A stretch of DNA of 63,991 bases, the filler included, from Rhabdomonas costata (taxonomy: Eukaryota), in the NCBI GenBank assembly GCA_019059605.1. It is 13 parts of 13 records of this genome, joined end to end, with 100 filler letters (N's around TTAATTAATTAA, not from the genome) between each part and the next. Parts side by side here need not be neighbours in the genome. Positions count along the whole stretch, not along the records: positions 9,963 to 14,869 come from JAHMHO010000132.1; positions 14,970 to 19,846 come from JAHMHO010000133.1; positions 19,947 to 25,013 come from JAHMHO010000134.1; positions 25,114 to 30,008 come from JAHMHO010000135.1; 9 more parts are not named here. One strand, 5' to 3'. Shown here piece by piece: positions 12,790-25,454 of this stretch (positions are counted from its first letter, which is position 1; the number at the start of each line of letters is the position of its first letter). The position numbers and the translations under genes are program-made. Under the pieces are notes generated by a model, which was not told the origin of the DNA, did not search any database, and was given only the letters and a program-made list of their open reading frames with translations.

Positions 12790-14317
12790 GCCAATCACCA
12801 CAAAAGAATTGGAGTACTACTGCAGAATTGACAAAAAGAATACAGCATCTGAAGGAACAAAAAAGGATGCAAACAGCAACGGCGGGCAATCCGCTGCTTC
12901 TGATATGTCTGACGCCGTCAGCCGGAGTTCAGCAGTAACAGCTGCAGACTGAAGCCTGACGGAGGAGACGAAGGAAATTTTTTCAACAACGACAACAACA
13001 ACCAGAACATAGGGTATGTCCGCACAAACCACACAAACCGGGTGCCAACCCTTGGGTGGTTCAGCACACAAAGACACAGGGCAAGGGCAGGCAGTAACAC
13101 AAAACTATTACCCGGAAGCCTCCGAGCAAGTGAAGCTCAAGCCGACCCTGCCTGACCCTGCCCAGCTACGCGCAAGGCAGCAAGGAAATCGCTCAACTTC
13201 AATCAAGCAGCCAATGCTCTCTTGCTGGGACTTTCGAAAAAGCAAACTATAAATGGCCCTGTCTGCTTGTCCTGCTTCACCAGGAGCCCCTCCGCCGGCC
13301 AACTTAATTTCTCACCTCGCGATATCCAACTGTGAGCAGCGGGACGATCTGCGCCATCACTCGTGAACACCACATTCATATATATGAAGAACCAAGCCTT
13401 TTTTAAACTGCAAAACCCCTGGGACAACTCATTTTCGCACAAAGACCAGCACCGCAGAGCTGCCTGGGCTCCCAGTTCATTACAAGTTCTCTTGGGGTCG
13501 TCAAACAGAAAGCCCAGCATGGGGTTAGAAGGCCGAAAAACACACACAGTTGGAGTTGGAGTGGGGTGGGGGACAACGTTCATGTTGGGTATTCACTTGC
13601 CATTCTTAGGGGAATTAATAACGGGGCACTTGGGGAGGGAGTGGGCAAAGTTTCCCCTTCGCTTGACTTGGCAGCGGCAGAGGGGTCCATCCCCTACGCA
13701 CCATCGGGCATCCCGGCTCCGAGAAGGGTCCCCCCTTGGACTCCCATCTCCATAAGCATCCTCATCCCCCCGAAAAAGCGCCCTCAAAAACACTACGATC
13801 CGGAAAACAGCACGCGGGGATTGTACATCGGACTCAACTGAAAGCACCATCCAAAGGTGGAGTCCACTGCGGTTAGGCTAGCCGGGAACGGGAACAGAGA
13901 GGAGCACACACTCCATCCCATAATTCCACCGGCATTCACACGAAACAGGCACAACAGAATGACAGAGAAGAATTACTCCTGGAATCCAAAAAAAAAAGAA
14001 GAGCCGAGGACTCGGCCGGAAATTCCCGAGAATGGGGAACGACACAGCACGTGGGGGCCGCCTTTCCTGTTTGTGTGCGTCTGAACCCATCGGCAACACA
14101 GCTCAGTGAATGAAAGTAGCCACTGCGCAGCGGGCAGGCACGTGGTGCAGGGGACATACATACAAATCGGCACCACACCACCCCCTTCGCAACGTCCTCA
14201 CGCGCCCTCTCAGACTTGGAAGGGCGGGGGGATCATGAAAACATGAACAAGAGGAAGAATGAGGTCGAAGACGCCACACACGCACCCTCCGCCCCGCTGT
14301 CGGATGCACGGGCCTCC

Positions 14318-14480
14318 TCACAACCTCCACAGGTTGCGCAGCAGGGCGGTGAAGATCAGCACGGCGATCACCGCGGCGACGATGACGAGGAAGCGCTTGT
14401 CCAGCGGCACGGGGACCCCGACAGGCTGCCCAGCCTGCGTCTGGGTCAGCGCCGCCGGGACCTCTTCTTTGCAGCACACT
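14318..14480 (-). CDS. Last exon of an unknown protein with a C-terminal membrane anchor
   Basis: After a pyrimidine tract and CAG: ..DKRFLVIVAAVIAVLIFTALLRNLWRL*, with GC-rich codons. Confidence 0.55.
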
Positions 14481-14998
14481 GAGCGTGAGAGCAAACAAAC
14501 AAAAAAGCTGGGGTTCTTCAGCCCACAGCCTCGGCTCACCGCTCGCTCTGTCCTCCGTGGCTGATGAAAACCATACGTTCCGGGCAGGTCACTGCCGGTT
14601 CGTGGCTCCCCGCCCACTTCCAATTCTCTTTCGCCTTTCTGCTGGGCAGAGAGGTCCCGTAAAAAGGAACGCATGCTGCTGCTCCTGGTGTTGGTTTCAA
14701 GCTCACTACTACGCGATGTTATGCTGCACAGTGTCAAACAAACAGGCAAGAGCTGAGCGGTAGTGAAGGTGAAAGGCCGAAGCATATGGATGAAAAGACA
14801 AGAAACAAAACAATTACACCACCAAGAAGAAGCCGAATTGGTCTTCCTTCTCCGACCTGCACACAAAACNNNNNNNNNNNNNNNNNNNNNNNNNNNNNNN
14901 NNNNNNNNNNNNNTTAATTAATTAANNNNNNNNNNNNNNNNNNNNNNNNNNNNNNNNNNNNNNNNNNNNTGTGTTGGGGTGGGGGGTGCGGGGTGTAC

Positions 14999-16823
14999 CT
15001 TCAGATGAGTGATAAACCGCACCAAGAGGATCCGCAGCCACAAGTCACTTCGGACTCGCAGGTGAACCGGAAGCTTGCTTCGGAACAGGGGCAGCCACAT
15101 CTGCGAGCTGAACCTGCCCACGGCACATTAAAGTGTGCGGTCCGCAATACCCTTTCAAACACACAAGAAACTGCCCTTGTTACATTTGCTTGCCCAGCAG
15201 AGGCGAAAGGACCGAACCGTCCAACCTTCCGAACTCCTAGCCCGGACAGCGATGGTAAAATATACGCCCCCCTCCCCCTCAAGTGAAGCAGGCGGCTTCT
15301 GGTTTTTTCAGGTGTTTTCTATTTGTTTGGAGAGGTGAGACGTTCTTGGAGAGAGAACGTTTTGTACTCTCAGCAAGTTGGAGGACTAGACCTGACCGTT
15401 GAGGCCGACGAAGTGTGCGTCTCACACCTCCGCCCCCAGATCCCCAGCATATGCAAACACTACCCCATGAGACCAAAATAAATCAATCCTAAATAACACT
15501 TGGGACCGTATACTTCACTTGACGCCTTTTCCAGTGGGGAGAGGGCCTACAGTTCACTTGAACGGGGTGGTGGTGGGGTGCGTCCAATTCACGAGTGCGA
15601 TATAAGCAGGGAACAGGGCTCGATCGGCAGGACATAGAAAGAAAGGGAAAGGTATGTAGAGGCACAATCCCAAGGGCGCATAGGTGTGACAAATCATCGA
15701 ACCAAGCGCAAGGAAGGGAAATCCAAAAATCCCCCCTTCCTCTTTGCTCGGGCACAACGGGAAGGGGGAGGGGGGAAGCACCTTCGCCCGGTAAAGACCC
15801 GGGCTGGGCTGAACATAGAGGCTGCCCCGTGGCCAAGGCTGGGCGCGGTGCAGTTGCTGAGCCTCTGAAAGTAGCACTCCCACGTTCGCGCGGGGCACAG
15901 CCAGGGGTGAGCATAGATCGTCGAACTGAGCGCAATCCCGAACCTCCTACCATCTCCCAGCATTTGTACGAAAGCCGATGCTCCGCCTGGGCGTACCGCG
16001 GGATTTCTCCAGGAACATTCTCTATCTCCGAACTGTGTGTTGGGTAAGAAAATTTGAGGCTAGTCAACTTTCGAATGAGGGCTTAGCAGACGCACAATAG
16101 AGCGCAATGCTTTTCAGATGCGTGCGACATGTCATGCGGTTGAGACATCGCAACAAGGTTGTTCAACAAAAGAGAAAACAGAAAAAAAAGCTGGAAATGA
16201 GCTCAAGTTCCAGCCGTTCTGTCATTGACCCCAGGCACAGAAAATTCCAGCACACAGCGTTACTCCCCACATGTGTGCTGATGTCTTCAAACCCAATTTA
16301 AATCAGACCTTTCTTCAAATGTAGCTTTTTCTGTGGCAAGTAGAAGAAACTGTTCCATGTTGAGAGGTTGCTCTTTTAGGTCGCACACCGATGACACAGT
16401 TGCGTCATCTTTCAATATTAGATATATTTACAATATCCACTCATTTCTTCCCCTTTATTCAGCAAAGAGAATTATGGCGTACCCCCGGGGGACTACAAAG
16501 GTGCGGTTGCTGGCCACCGCACCCAGCAGGGTCTCCGCCATCACGTGGATGCTCGCCGCCAGCCCCGACATCAGCGGGTGCCACACATACACTCGGGTGC
16601 ACACCACGGGGTGCTGCCACCGCCACAGAAACTTGAAGTACGCCAAGGCATCCCTGGACCACGGCGGCGCGCCTGGGATGGGGTCAGGCACCCACCCCTC
16701 CAAAGACTGGGTGGTAGGGATGGGGACACCCGCGAAGGCCACGGCGCTTGGAAGGACACACGAGGCGAGAGCCGCGAAAAGCAAAAGCAGGCAGGAATTA
16801 CACAGCAAAGAAGCGGGCGTCAT
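14999..16823 (-). CDS. GT23 (FUT8/NodZ-like) alpha-1,6-fucosyltransferase-like protein, 5' part. Exons 16823-16483, 15925-15782, 15107-14999
   Basis: N-terminal hydrophobic segment, then WQHP..C..SGLAASIH..A.ASNRTF..Y...WECYFQRLSNCT and SDLWLRILLVRFI. This parallels FUT8 QNP..C..G.GC..H..RT..W..F.P.S.C. Splice phases are compatible. Confidence 0.6.
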
Positions 16824-18185
16824 CTCTGTTGGAAGCAAGAGGGTGCGAAAAAACGGTTCTCAGGGAGGGGGCCTGCTTGGGACAACGCCGCAACTATTGC
16901 CATATGGAAAACCCGCCAAGACTGCAGATTAATCAACGCATCCATGCAAAGTATTCGTCAAACACTTGCTGCCCAAGGGCGGACCTCAGGGCGGATAATG
17001 ACTGGTCTGGCTTCTTGAGTAAGCGTTCTTTGGCAGTAATTTACGATACTACAAGAAAAGCGGTTGTTTCGGGGTGAAACGAATTAACGTAGCGGCCGTT
17101 GCCACCAATTGGTACTGATTCCGTCTTGCGCTTTGCACAAATCGACCAACGAGCGTGGAAACTCGAAAATCACACACACACACACAAGCTTTTAAGCAGT
17201 TCTCCCTGTTCAACAATAAACCGTAAGCTCCCCACCCCACCCCAAATACAATGCACCGCAAGACGCAAAAACGCCAGCGACCCGAAAGCGTTCCTTCAGC
17301 ATCGCGTCATCGCGTCCTACAAACCGAGCCGAGATGTCGGGAACATTGCACAGGCTGTACCACTTGGCGATTCAAAACTGACCCGCGCACAGCGGCACCC
17401 AACTGTTCTCTTGATACAGTTGTTTTGTTTTTGACAATGCAACGTCGGGCAGGGTGGAGATAAAGGAATCAGGAGCTCACACGCGCGAAGTGCTTTTGCA
17501 GCAGAGGTGGACGCAGCCCGGAGGCCATGAGAAGGCTTTCGCTACAGTGGTGAGGCAGGTGCCGGTCCGCGAGGAGCCAAACCGTCCATAGGGAAAGCCT
17601 CCGAGGGTGGCAGGCGAAACTGTTTCAACCTGGTTGATAACAAGCGATCAAGAAAGAAAGCGCAACCACTCAGTGCAACCTTTCCCCACAGTGGTCGTGT
17701 TAAATGCTGGAAGAGGGGAAAACTGCTCGTTCGCCTTACCAAAACAAAGAGCAAAAGGGGACGTCTTCAGCAGAAACAGAGAAAATAATTATTCTCCGCA
17801 GTTTGTGGTGTGCTTTCCGCTGGACATATTCCGTAGTACCTCTATCGCACTGCTTTCATTGAACTTAAACCAGGACTGCACCGCAACAATGCCGAGAGGT
17901 TCCCGACCCAGGTAACAACGCGGAAAAAAAACGGGAAGAAGAGCGGGAGCAGCCAAACCCTGAAAACAGGCGGTTTCTTTTTGACAAACAAGGCAAGCAA
18001 AATGTGCAGTGGGCCAACATGGGTGACAGTGAGTTCTTGGGCAAACACAAGAGGGAGGAAGCAGGACAGGTGGGAAGGGTTCTTTGACCTTTCTTTTCCC
18101 TAGCCCTTCTTTGCATTCCAGGAAGGACAGCGGAGCCGAAAATGAAATGAAACTCCGGAACAAAATGGAAGAGAAGTGGACGGGA

Positions 18186-19140
18186 GGGGAGAGGCGGACG
18201 CCACCTCTCCTGTTTGAGGGAGCCATCCTCGAGGGTTTTCTTTGCAACCATCAGCAGCTGCCGGGGTAGCTGCCTCTTCCGCCGCACCTTCACCACACCC
18301 TCCGGTGTGGTCACTGAAAGCGCACACCGAAGGAAAATCCTCCCAGCACAGTTGTCCCGCTGGCAGGAAATGCACGGACACCACAGGTGCTTGATCCGAA
18401 GAAAGATATCAGAATGCCGGAAAAATCTTCGGGGTTACAGCAAGCCTTGGGCACGCAAATTCTTGTGGGAAACCAAGGATTTCAGGTTTTAACTTAAGTG
18501 GGGATTTTTTACACTGCAATGACAACACAGCGAGAAAAGTTTGAGGTGAGCAATCACACCCAGCAGCAACATGCAAGTCCCAAGTTGCTTCAATGCCACA
18601 TGGACCAGAGGTTGAATGCCACGCTGTGGCCAAACTTTCCTTCTCGTTCTATTTTTGAATTGGGATGTGGGCGTGACACTGGTGGCCTTTAGGGATGTGG
18701 GTGTCTTTTCGGCAGCAACTTTGGCAGTGTGGGTGGTTTGATACTGCAATTGCACGCATGTCAGCGTGGGAGTTACGGGGCGGGCGGAGTGTGCTCCTGA
18801 CACGAATATAGGGATGTGCTTACGAGCATTGTTTTCTGCCTTTCCCCTCGTCCACAGGTTGCCTCGAAAAGATAATACCCACGCTCATAAAGTTCGAGGC
18901 CTGCAACAGCCGCTTCACGCGTTCCACGTCCGAAGTCAGCGCCTGCAGCCTGGGCCCCTTCATGACATACTCCAAAGTCACGTCTGCGGGTACGCAAACA
19001 GGTCTGGAGAAGCGCCAGAGGGGGTTCATTAGGTCCGTATTATCAAAAAATAAGCCCAAGCACATACAGCACTGCTCGTCGGCATGCGAGAGAATGTTGT
19101 AGTCCATGGGCAAATTCTGGTCCGAGAAGTAATGCTGCGA
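18186..19140 (-). CDS. Probable exons of an unidentified gene (HYFSDQNLPMDYNILSHADE...LLQASNFMS; VTTPEGVVKVRRKRQLPRQ...)
   Basis: Open, codon-like segments bounded by candidate AG/GT sites. No recognisable family. Confidence 0.35.
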
Positions 19141-19741
19141 AAGAAAACAACGACGACGGACCTGGGACGGGGATGGGAAAAGAATGGGCCGTCCTCCACT
19201 TAACCACCCCCACCGGTATCCCGAGGAGGGGGTGGGAGCGTCAGCGAGCGACGAACGACGAGGAGCTTGTGCGAAGCTGAGGGTGGGCATATAAAACACA
19301 TGATGAACCTTACACATGAAGAGAATCGCTTTTTTAAGGGCATGCTCAAGTTTATAATTCTTGACGTGCAATATTTGTACGAAGAAAACCTTTGGAGGTG
19401 AGGCGGTTCAGAGGAAACGCCAAAATCTGTAAACAGCGTTTGTAGGGCAGAAAAAAAACTACGTTCCCTGGTCGGCTGAGCGGGAAGGAGACACCTGTAC
19501 TTGCTTCAGAATGGAGGCATCCCGCTGGGCCTCCTGCTGCCTCTGAAGCGGAGGGGGGATGAGTGGCACAGTTGCAAAGTGTCCATACGGAAAAAAAGCA
19601 GAGGTGCCAGCTTAAAGGGCGAGCAAGAAAATATTCTGCAAACCGTTGGCAACGTTGAGACCCACCCCTCTGAGACAAGTCCACAGCCAGCCCACGTGGA
19701 CCCTAATCTTCCTCTCAGCTTGGGTAGAGTACGGTAGGATA

Positions 19742-19843
19742 GGGTAGCTGAGACGTTAGCCCAATATTCCACAAGCCGAACCTCGTGGCAACTACTCAGC
19801 TTGTCGGATCTTGCGGAATATTGGGCTAACGTCTCAGCTACCC
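19742..19843. repeat. Inverted repeat with perfect 29-bp arms (19742-19770 / 19815-19843) at the contig end
   Basis: GGGTAGCTGAGACGTTAGCCCAATATTCC and its exact reverse complement; the 44-nt inner region is partly self-complementary. Confidence 0.95.
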
Positions 19844-20339
19844 AACNNNNNNNNNNNNNNNNNNNNNNNNNNNNNNNNNNNNNNNNNNNNTTAATTAATT
19901 AANNNNNNNNNNNNNNNNNNNNNNNNNNNNNNNNNNNNNNNNNNNNGTTTTCACGTGTGGGCTTATGGGCTGGAGTTTTGGGGTGGGTCGTTCCCTCCGG
20001 CTCGGTGCTCCTTCCATTTGCCCCTTTGCGTTTTCAATGTAGTTTCAAGTGTCGACGTCGACTGAGGCCTTCCATCGAGACTCGCTCTCCCCTTTGTTTA
20101 GCCAGTAATTTCGGATTGTAATTCGCATCTACATGGGGGCTCATACATTTTGTTTTGCTTTGCTTCGTTGTCATGACGACAGTTGCACCTCAGTCAGGCG
20201 GACAATTGTTCAAAGCCAGCCCAATAGCAAAGCTTTTTGGGGTGCACCGGATGTGTAAGTAACGCCAGTCCGTTGACATCAACAGCAGTGTTGTCATGGG
20301 ATAAGAAGTTAGGGTGACGGCGACGGCAGCACGTTTGGC

Positions 20340-20594
20340 TCACATTGAGTAGTTCCGAAGGACAAAGTCCACCAGCAGCCCAATGCTTTCCAGGGATCCT
20401 TGCCCCTTCCCTCGTAGCGCAGCTCTCTGCTGCTGCCCTGCAGCCACCGCCGCCTCAACCTCCTCCACTGCCTTGGGGATGCCCCGGGTCAGCACCTCCG
20501 GCTCCCCACGACCGAGCACAATGTTGTCCTCAATTCGCACGGCGATCCCACGGAACTCCTTCGCCACCTCGTCGGAATCCGGAAGATAAAGGGC
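20340..20594 (-). CDS. Xaa-Pro aminopeptidase (peptidase M24B), terminal exon
   Basis: CAG|ALYLPD..EFRGIAVRIEDNIV...EVLTRGIPKAVEEVE matches the aminopeptidase P C-terminal pattern (EPG)LY..GIGVRIEDD..LT..PK...E.E. Confidence 0.8.
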   Translation of the reverse strand, partial: ALYLPDSDEVAKEFRGIAVRIEDNIVLGRGEPEVLTRGIPKAVEEVEAAVAAGQQQRAALRGKGQGSLESIGLLVDFVLRNYSM

Positions 20595-22146
20595 CTGAGC
20601 ATGTGCATGTGTGTCCGAGAAAAGGGCAGAGAAATGCGAAGGTGGCGAGGCCCCAAAAAAGATTACCTTGAACTTCAGGAACTTCGGGAAAACGACCTTC
20701 TGGTGCACTATGTGTAAGAACTGCGAGCCCATGGCGTCGAAAGTATATGGACGGTAAGAAGAGGAACAGCGGTACAAATCGAGAGGCTCCCAAATCAACC
20801 AATGTTCGGAAACATAGCGGCAAAAGACTGTCTGTGCTACTTTTTGGAACGGGACAAAAAGAATGGGAATCTTGTGCTGCTTTGTGGACATGCCTCGCAT
20901 TTCTTTCTGACAATACGTGCTTTGCTCAGGTTATCCAAGAGAAGGCCGCCGTGGGACACCTTCGCCCTCTGCAAAGCGGAAAGAGTGGATGACGCGCTTT
21001 CTAATCATCCCATCGCCCGTCAATGTTGTTTGTTTGCAAGGCAGAGTTAAGCTTGTCCTGTTTTATGTCATGTGCATGGCAATGGGAAGTCAGACCACTG
21101 TTCGTGATGACTGTCACTTGTACCTTGTCGTTAGTTTTGTACGTCTGTATCAGTTGCCATCTTGGCAGGTTGCTGTCCAGCTCCTTTCAGCACTTTCCCA
21201 ACGACGCCAGCAGACGTGGTGCGTTCATGCAATTCCAGAAGAATCGACTCGAATTGGGTCCCAGCAGAACCTTTTGGTCAGCTGGCCTTGTCGGAAGTGT
21301 TGAAATGTGCTTTTTACTTTGGGCCGACGATTTCACGTCTTTTACCNNNNNNNNNNNNNNNNNNNNNNNNNNNNNNNNNNNNNNNNNNNNNNNNNNNNNN
21401 NNNNNNNNNNNNNNNNNNNNNNNNNNNNNNNNNNNNNNNNNNNNNNNNNNNNNNNNNNNNNNNNNNNNNNNNNNNNNNNNNNNNNNNTTCCTCTGTTCGG
21501 AAAGCTGGATTACCCTGTTTAACGCGGCCCTGTATCTGCAACTGTGGTGACAACCTTGTGCGCTTCTGCAGCAAGCGTCTGGCGACGCCAGATCATTGAC
21601 ACATTTCCGACGCTGCCCAACTTTGCCCAAGCCGATTGATCGGCGCGATGATTACAACACGCACCGCCCATTGGGGAGCAAGACACTAAGAGGAAGAAAA
21701 CGCCGCTTCAGGACAATTTTGGGCGCTCAGCACCACCACTACCACACCAGAAACACAGCGCGCGCACACACAACGCAACGGCGCCAGCACAGAACCCTTC
21801 ACCCAAATCTTGAGCGGCCCATATGGGCAGCGTCCGCACCGAAGTCTATCTTTTTTACTGCGCCCCCCCAAAGATCATGATTTGGAATCCGAAAACTGTG
21901 TGTGCCGCATTTGATTGTTCTCGTGTCTGTGTTTGTTACCGTGTCTATCTCTGCACGCGGATTACGCGCCTGGGCTTGCAAATGCCCGGTGTGCTAATGT
22001 GCGTAAATCTGGGGTGGGTCCTGGGCTCAAAATTTGGACCCTCGGGTGACGATTTGCGTGGGTCTTTGCGATTTGGATTTCGGTCCTTTGGGTTTCAGTT
22101 TCGCCTTCGGTGTTTGTGCTTCGGAGTCGGCCTTATGGATTCGTGG

Positions 22147-22176
22147 TTAGGGTTTGGGTTAGGGTTAGGGTTAGGG
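22147..22176 (+). repeat. Interstitial telomere-type repeat: TTAGGG, TTTGGG, then (TTAGGG)3
   Basis: Read directly from the sequence. Confidence 0.8.
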
Positions 22177-25100
22177 TTTGTGGTTCGTAGTTCGTGTTCA
22201 TTGTGGTTGGCCTTCTGTTCTTCAGGCGCATACATACTAATGTTTCTCGGACGAGTTAAAATCGGTACCAGCAATAGCTGCTATACCAGACGTCCTGCCT
22301 TCTGTCTCTACACCTGCGTCTTTCAGTTGAAATATCATGAGTGTGGATTAGCTCTACTCGACAGATCTAGCACCTAGCATGAAATAGCCGGTCCGGAGAA
22401 TATTGCGATATCCACCAATGTTGGCGTTCATTGCCCAATAGTGTGCCTGGGGATGTGAAGCCTTGTGTCATTGTACTTCGCTTGTCCGTGTTGCTTGTGT
22501 TGGTGTGTGTGGTTTTCAGTGGTTCCGTTGATGGTGGTGGGCCTGCGAGGCGTCAGAGGGTTAGGTGATGGTGTCGTAGTATCTGTTTATCTGGTGGTGT
22601 TGAGCGTGTGTCATGGGTTGGTGTGCCATGGGTTGGGCGTGTATCTGTTGGTGGGGCTGTGCGTGTATCGTGGTTTGGGGTTCTGTCGGTGTTGTGCGTG
22701 CATCTCTATTTTGTCTGTGCTGAAACTCTTCTTAGTCAACCATTCCAATCTCACTTTACAATTCACCGGTTTCCCGACGTGTGGCCTTTCCAAGGATCCA
22801 TGGATTCTATCGGTATGTGGGGTTGTCGACGAGCGTGGATGGAGACGATTGGATAGGAGACCTAGGAGGACTGTGAGATCAAGAGGCACTACCCGCAGCA
22901 GCTACGACCTAGGAAACGACACCAACGTGCGTACACACGACGATTAAGCTGATTTACTATGTAGGAAGTTCAAATGTAGCGTCAGTACTACGTAGAGGGC
23001 CACTGGTAACAATGGAGCTAAGGTGGTGTAGGAACGGCACATGTTGCTCAAATACATCAACTGAGGTGATATCGCGTTGGCATGTGGCAATTCATGGGCG
23101 TACCTCACAGGTTGTCACACGTTCATGACCCCATGTATTCAGAGACACAACACCACAGCGTACATGCCATGATATGAACGTAGGGTGTGCTGCCACATCA
23201 CTGGTACTATGTGTATGTTAGTACCTGGTGTTGAGATAGGGCGTAGGGTGTTGGTACCCACCTGTGGTCAAGTGGTGGTACGTCGTGGCATCCCCTAATG
23301 GTACAGAATCACATGCGGAATGTGGGTCAGTATGTATGTGGGTGTATGTCAATGATGGTATCATCCGGTGGTGGTCATTGGCAGCGTACCTCCGAGGATG
23401 GTGGTTATCCATGGAATGGTAAGGCATCTGCTGTCCTACCGTTGTGTGTGTGATCCTACCGTTGGATTGACGTTGTTGGTGATCATCATGTGGTTGCGGC
23501 GATGTTGGCTATGGCCCAACATCCTGCTCAGTTTGAAGGTGGAGGTGTGACAACCCCGTAAAACCTTCGTCTGTGTGGTGGTGGTAGTGGTAGTAGCATG
23601 TTGTCACATCGTTGCGTCTCACCTTGGTGGTGTCATGGCATCGTCTCCCATTGCATCGGTGTTAACAGACCGTGTGAGTCCAGTGACTTGGAGTGAATGT
23701 TTTGATGCCATTGCTGGTAAAGGCGTGACATCCCAGGTCGTTAAAGGCAGACCGTGTGATGCGCTGAACCCAAATGGTGGAGTTTTCATTCATCGATGTC
23801 CCTCGGGATATCACAGGATGAATATGACAATTAATGACGGTTACGAACGGAAAGCAACGGTTTTTATCAAGCACATAGCCCAGGGAGCACTTTTCAGTTC
23901 TTCCTTCATTGTCCGCTTTCGTATGTTTCACGTCTTCTATGACCGAAGAAAGATGATGGCGGCGCAGCCACAATTCTTCCCATACATCGTCCCCATTTCC
24001 GGACTCGTTTCAGCTGCCCGCACCTGATCACCACCAGGCTCCGCAAGTGCTACGCCTGCCTGAAAAACTAAACTAACCCAAACCTCGAGGAGAATGGCTA
24101 AGCCGAGAAACTCAAGGCGGAGGAGCTGGAGGTGCTGCTATAGCCTAGCTGCTATAGCAGCGCCTGATGCCAGGTCCCCGGCAGCCGTTTGTGGGCAAAC
24201 CACCAGAAGCACGCGCACTTTCTGTTAGAATGGCGGCATTTGTGTGACAGGAGGCCGCACAGGCAAGATCAAGACAAAGAGCTATGCGCACTGCCAAAGA
24301 AGCATTATGAATCGAAGAGGTGACACCTCCTTCGCCACACAACTGCCCAAAACCATGGCAAGCGCAAAGCTCCATGAAAGTGGTGCCAGCCAAGCCCAGG
24401 AGCTTTTGTAGAGTCAGGGGAGTGCGGCATTGGGCCGCCCAGGCTATTGTCCCAGCGTTGGGCTCACGCCGCCGGTTTCCTCCGTATCTCCCTTCGCTTG
24501 GGTCGAAGGGGAAAAAGCCCGGGAGCCCCGCAACCTTATGTTTCCCACTTCGTCACCTCCTTCTCTTTCTACCCCTTTCCTAAACTACCCAATCTCGCTC
24601 CTCTTTATCCAAAATAACGATTCGCCCCTAAAAGTGTTTCGGTCCACCGCCCTTCACCCAGAACTTGCGGAACCAACGATTTCCCAGACTACCCGCCGCC
24701 CCCCGTCTTGGACTCGGCCGCTGAAAGCTTTACTGCACAAAATTTCCCCTTTCCCAGATGTTTAGGCTTTTTAAACACGTCCCGTTTTGTGGCGTCTTGT
24801 TTTTATGTGTTGTTTCCACATGTCCGGTTATGCATTTCGGCCTAAGCATCCTGCGGCGTTTTGCCGGTGTTTGGGACCCATACCGTCAAGTGGGGACCCG
24901 GGCGGAGTGGTTTAATGTTTTCCGGCCGAAATATTCGCCAAAACCAAAGCCCCAACAAGATCCAGGAGCACGTCACCGCCCGTATCCCCCACCCCCCCAA
25001 CCACACCCAACACNNNNNNNNNNNNNNNNNNNNNNNNNNNNNNNNNNNNNNNNNNNNTTAATTAATTAANNNNNNNNNNNNNNNNNNNNNNNNNNNNNNN

Positions 25101-25454
25101 NNNNNNNNNNNNNTGTGTAGAAGAAAACGAACAGCGAAAAAGACACAATTTGGTTGCTCCTGTTGCTTTCTTCTACTTACCATGCCAATTGGATGCCAAT
25201 TGGAGAGAACAGGAGTGGCCGCGTCGAGAGCAGGTGCTGCGATAGTTGGCTGGTTTTGAGGGCAAAAGGGCACAGAGCGGCACATAAAAATCTGAAAAAT
25301 TCCCGTGATGCAAACCTAGAATTACAGGGACCCGGCACGGTTCCGAAGGTGTACTGCAAATGAAACCAGGCTTATCCCTCGCTTGTCTCCGATTTCCCTC
25401 TCGCCATTGACGAGCGCTGAATTCTCCTGTGCTCTTCCGCTCCTCCCCTCGCAG

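Noticed and set aside
24145-24480. Possible tail of a REL-type retrotransposon (NSLGG...NAAIL)
   Set aside because: Similarity is too weak and interrupted to call without an HMM search.
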